Source of the DNA: Elusimicrobiota bacterium
GTDB taxonomy: Bacteria > CG03 > SLGR01 > JAGXOG01
Length of the DNA: 16,873 nucleotides
NCBI GenBank assembly: GCA_051745145.1
Contig: JBNJDT010000034.1
Span: 1 to 16,873, forward strand
Direction: 5' to 3'
Every line of letters starts with the position of its first letter. The stretch's first letter is position 1. Position numbers and translations under genes: made by a program. Positions 15,232 through 16,873 of the stretch are shown here, piece by piece. A model generated the notes under the pieces. It was not told where the DNA came from and did no database searches. It saw only the letters and a program-made list of their open reading frames with translations.

Positions 15232-16591
15232 TACCTGCTTTTTTCCGTAAATTTCTTGATATAGTATTGGCTTTCTTAGTCAATTTCTCTGTATCAATAT
15301 CTACCAGTTTAAAATTTTTAACCCTCACTTTACCGTTGACAATAACCGTATGCGCAAAATGAGAAGCCCCCGAAAAAACCAGGGCCCCTAAATAATCACT
15401 GTTAGAGCCGGCAAAATCTACTCTGTCTGTATCAAATACCGCAATATCTGCAGCCTTGCCTTCTTTTAAAACTCCTATATCCCTCCGTCCCAGAACATCA
15501 GCGCCTCCCCGGGTGGCCATTTTTAAGACATCAACTGCACTCATAGAATCCACCCCTGATTTATAGCGGGCTACTAGCATAGCCAGCCGGGTTTCTCCAA
15601 GCATATCCGAGGTATCATTCGATGCGGAGCCATCGACGGCAATAGAAACATTTACTCCGGCATCTAACATTTTTCTTATGGGAGCTATTCCCGAACCTAA
15701 ACGTAAATTAGAAGAAGGACAATGAGCCACGCCGCTGCCGGTATCCGCCAGCCTTTTAATCTCCTTATCATTTAAATGGACACAATGGGCAAACCATACG
15801 TCTTCTCCCAGCCAGTTAACTTTCTCCATATAGGGCAGGGGCCGCATACCCGTCTGTTCCAGACAAAATTCTTCTTCATCTTTGGTCTCCGCAAGATGAG
15901 TATGCATATATACGTTATTTTCTCTGGCCAGCCGGGAGGTATCTTTCATTATCTGCTCAGTTACTGAAAAAGGTGAACAGGGTGCTAATACTATCTGACA
16001 CATAGAAAATTTCGAAGAATCATGATATTGATTTATAACCCGTTCGGACTCCTGTAAAATTTTATCGTCATCCTGTATTACGCTGTCCGGGGGAAGGCCG
16101 CCATCGGATTCTCCAAGCGACATACTTCCTCTGGTGGGATGAAATCTTATACCCATTTCCCGGGCCGCCTCTATTTCTATATCTATTAAATTGCTTTTTT
16201 GAGATTCCGGATAAAGATAAAGATGATCGCTGGTAGTAGTACAACCGGTAAGGAGCAACTCCGCCGTACCCACTCTGGTACTGACATCCACCGCTTCATC
16301 ATCAATATATTTCCATACGTTATAAAGATATTTAAGCCACTTAAAAAGTTTTGCATCCTGGACCTGTTTTAAATTCCGGGTTAATGTTTGATACAAATGA
16401 TGGTGGGTATTTATCATACCCGGAATTACCACTTTCCCTCTTCCATCTATCTCTTCATCAGCCTTTTGGGTAATATTTCCTATTTTTTTTATCTTATTAC
16501 CCTCGATTAAAATACTTTTATTCTTTAAAACCGTATTTTTATCGTCAAATGTTGCAATAACCGAAGCATTTTTAATTACAATAGTTTTCAT
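15221..16591 (-). CDS. Amidohydrolase of the 8-oxoguanine deaminase / AtzB-like subfamily
   Basis: NTHHHLYQTLTR, LF.WL..LY, GCTT.SDHLY, RGSMS.GE..GGLPP, LAPCSPFSV, HTHLAET, AHCVH, HCPSSN.RL.SG and VDGSASND. GGAG Shine-Dalgarno upstream. Confidence 0.85.
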   Translation of the reverse strand: MKTIVIKNASVIATFDDKNTVLKNKSILIEGNKIKKIGNITQKADEEIDGRGKVVIPGMINTHHHLYQTLTRNLKQVQDAKLFKWLKYLYNVWKYIDDEAVDVSTRVGTAELLLTGCTTTSDHLYLYPESQKSNLIDIEIEAAREMGIRFHPTRGSMSLGESDGGLPPDSVIQDDDKILQESERVINQYHDSSKFSMCQIVLAPCSPFSVTEQIMKDTSRLARENNVYMHTHLAETKDEEEFCLEQTGMRPLPYMEKVNWLGEDVWFAHCVHLNDKEIKRLADTGSGVAHCPSSNLRLGSGIAPIRKMLDAGVNVSIAVDGSASNDTSDMLGETRLAMLVARYKSGVDSMSAVDVLKMATRGGADVLGRRDIGVLKEGKAADIAVFDTDRVDFAGSNSDYLGALVFSGASHFAHTVIVNGKVRVKNFKLVDIDTEKLTKKANTISRNLRKKAGIES

Positions 16592-16695
16592 AATATTTTT
16601 CTCCGTTTAAATTAATTCTATCCGCATATGAAGTTGTTTTTTTTAGGTAAGTTCTTTTTTGAAACAATTTATTGATAATTAATCTCCTGTTCCTG

Positions 16696-16718
16696 TGATT
16701 TTCCGGACCGGAAAATCA
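16696..16718. promoter_or_regulatory. Perfect 11-bp inverted repeat (candidate operator or hairpin) upstream of the cluster
   Basis: TGATTTTCCGG-A-CCGGAAAATCA, about 105 nt upstream of the first ATG (16591), in the tRNA-to-operon spacer. Confidence 0.5.
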
Positions 16719-16853
16719 AAATACTTTTATTTACAACCAAGCTGGCCCCTGAGTACTTTAAAAATTTCTTAATGCCAGCTTTAAAACTGCTTTTACTGCT
16801 TAAAAATTCAGCATGCTCCAAATCCCTTCTATTCAATTTTCAAAGCTTATTTA

Positions 16854-16873
16854 TGGTGCCGGGGGCGGGATTT
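16854..16873 (-). tRNA. 3' end of a tRNA (probably tRNA-Leu), truncated by the window edge
   Basis: Reverse complement reads AAAT-CCCGC-CCCCGGC-A-CCA: end of the T-loop, 3' T-stem, 7-nt acceptor strand, discriminator A and encoded CCA. A GCCGGGG acceptor with A73 is typical of tRNA-Leu, but the anticodon is not visible. Confidence 0.8.

Noticed and set aside
1837..15967. All plus-strand ORFs in the track (60-125 aa, e.g. 1837-2103, 2499-2759, 7613-7894, 11699-12076, 12479-12808)
   Set aside because: They lie antisense to well-supported minus-strand genes, have no recognisable motifs and look like shadow ORFs.
16668..16835. Possible ~55-codon TTG-start minus-strand ORF in the tRNA-operon spacer (NRRDLEHAEFLSSK...EQEINYQ)
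   Set aside because: No convincing ribosome-binding site or motif, and it spans the palindrome. It is more likely non-coding.
16592..16853. Purine riboswitch in the leader of the purine cluster
   Set aside because: I could not find the conserved purine-riboswitch core (TATAAT...ATATGG...GTTTCTACC...CCGTAAA). An Rfam/Infernal scan would be decisive.
1..16873. CRISPR array, transposase, integrase, prophage or selenocysteine read-through
   Set aside because: No spaced repeats or mobile-element motifs were seen. The TGA stops examined coincide with the next gene's start (ATGA/TTGA coupling) rather than Sec read-through.

Overview
AT-rich bacterial DNA, probably from a diderm (outer-membrane beta-barrel and lipoproteins present). 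Every credible gene is on the minus strand in one tightly packed array. In transcription order (right to left): the 3' end of a tRNA (probably Leu), then an anaerobic purine/urate-degradation-type cluster (8-oxoguanine-deaminase-like amidohydrolase, exported HEAT-repeat protein, ssnA, ygeY, unknown lipoprotein, two tandem YgeW-family carbamoyltransferases, carbamate kinase, a threonine-synthase-like PLP enzyme where ygeX would be expected, and a canonical argF). Next come an outer-membrane beta-barrel, an HDAC-family protein with a remodelled active site, a complete rnfC-D-G-E-A-B gene order and a truncated apbE-like gene. The most striking observation is that the Rnf-like complex is intact and translationally coupled yet appears to have lost its canonical electron wire. 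The RnfC FMN/NAD motifs, RnfD flavinylation loop, RnfA/RnfE cysteines and RnfB N-terminal cluster are missing, while the ferredoxin clusters, a tethered FMN-binding domain and the flavin transferase are retained. CCGG is also strongly over-represented. All family calls come from motif recognition by eye, not from database searches.
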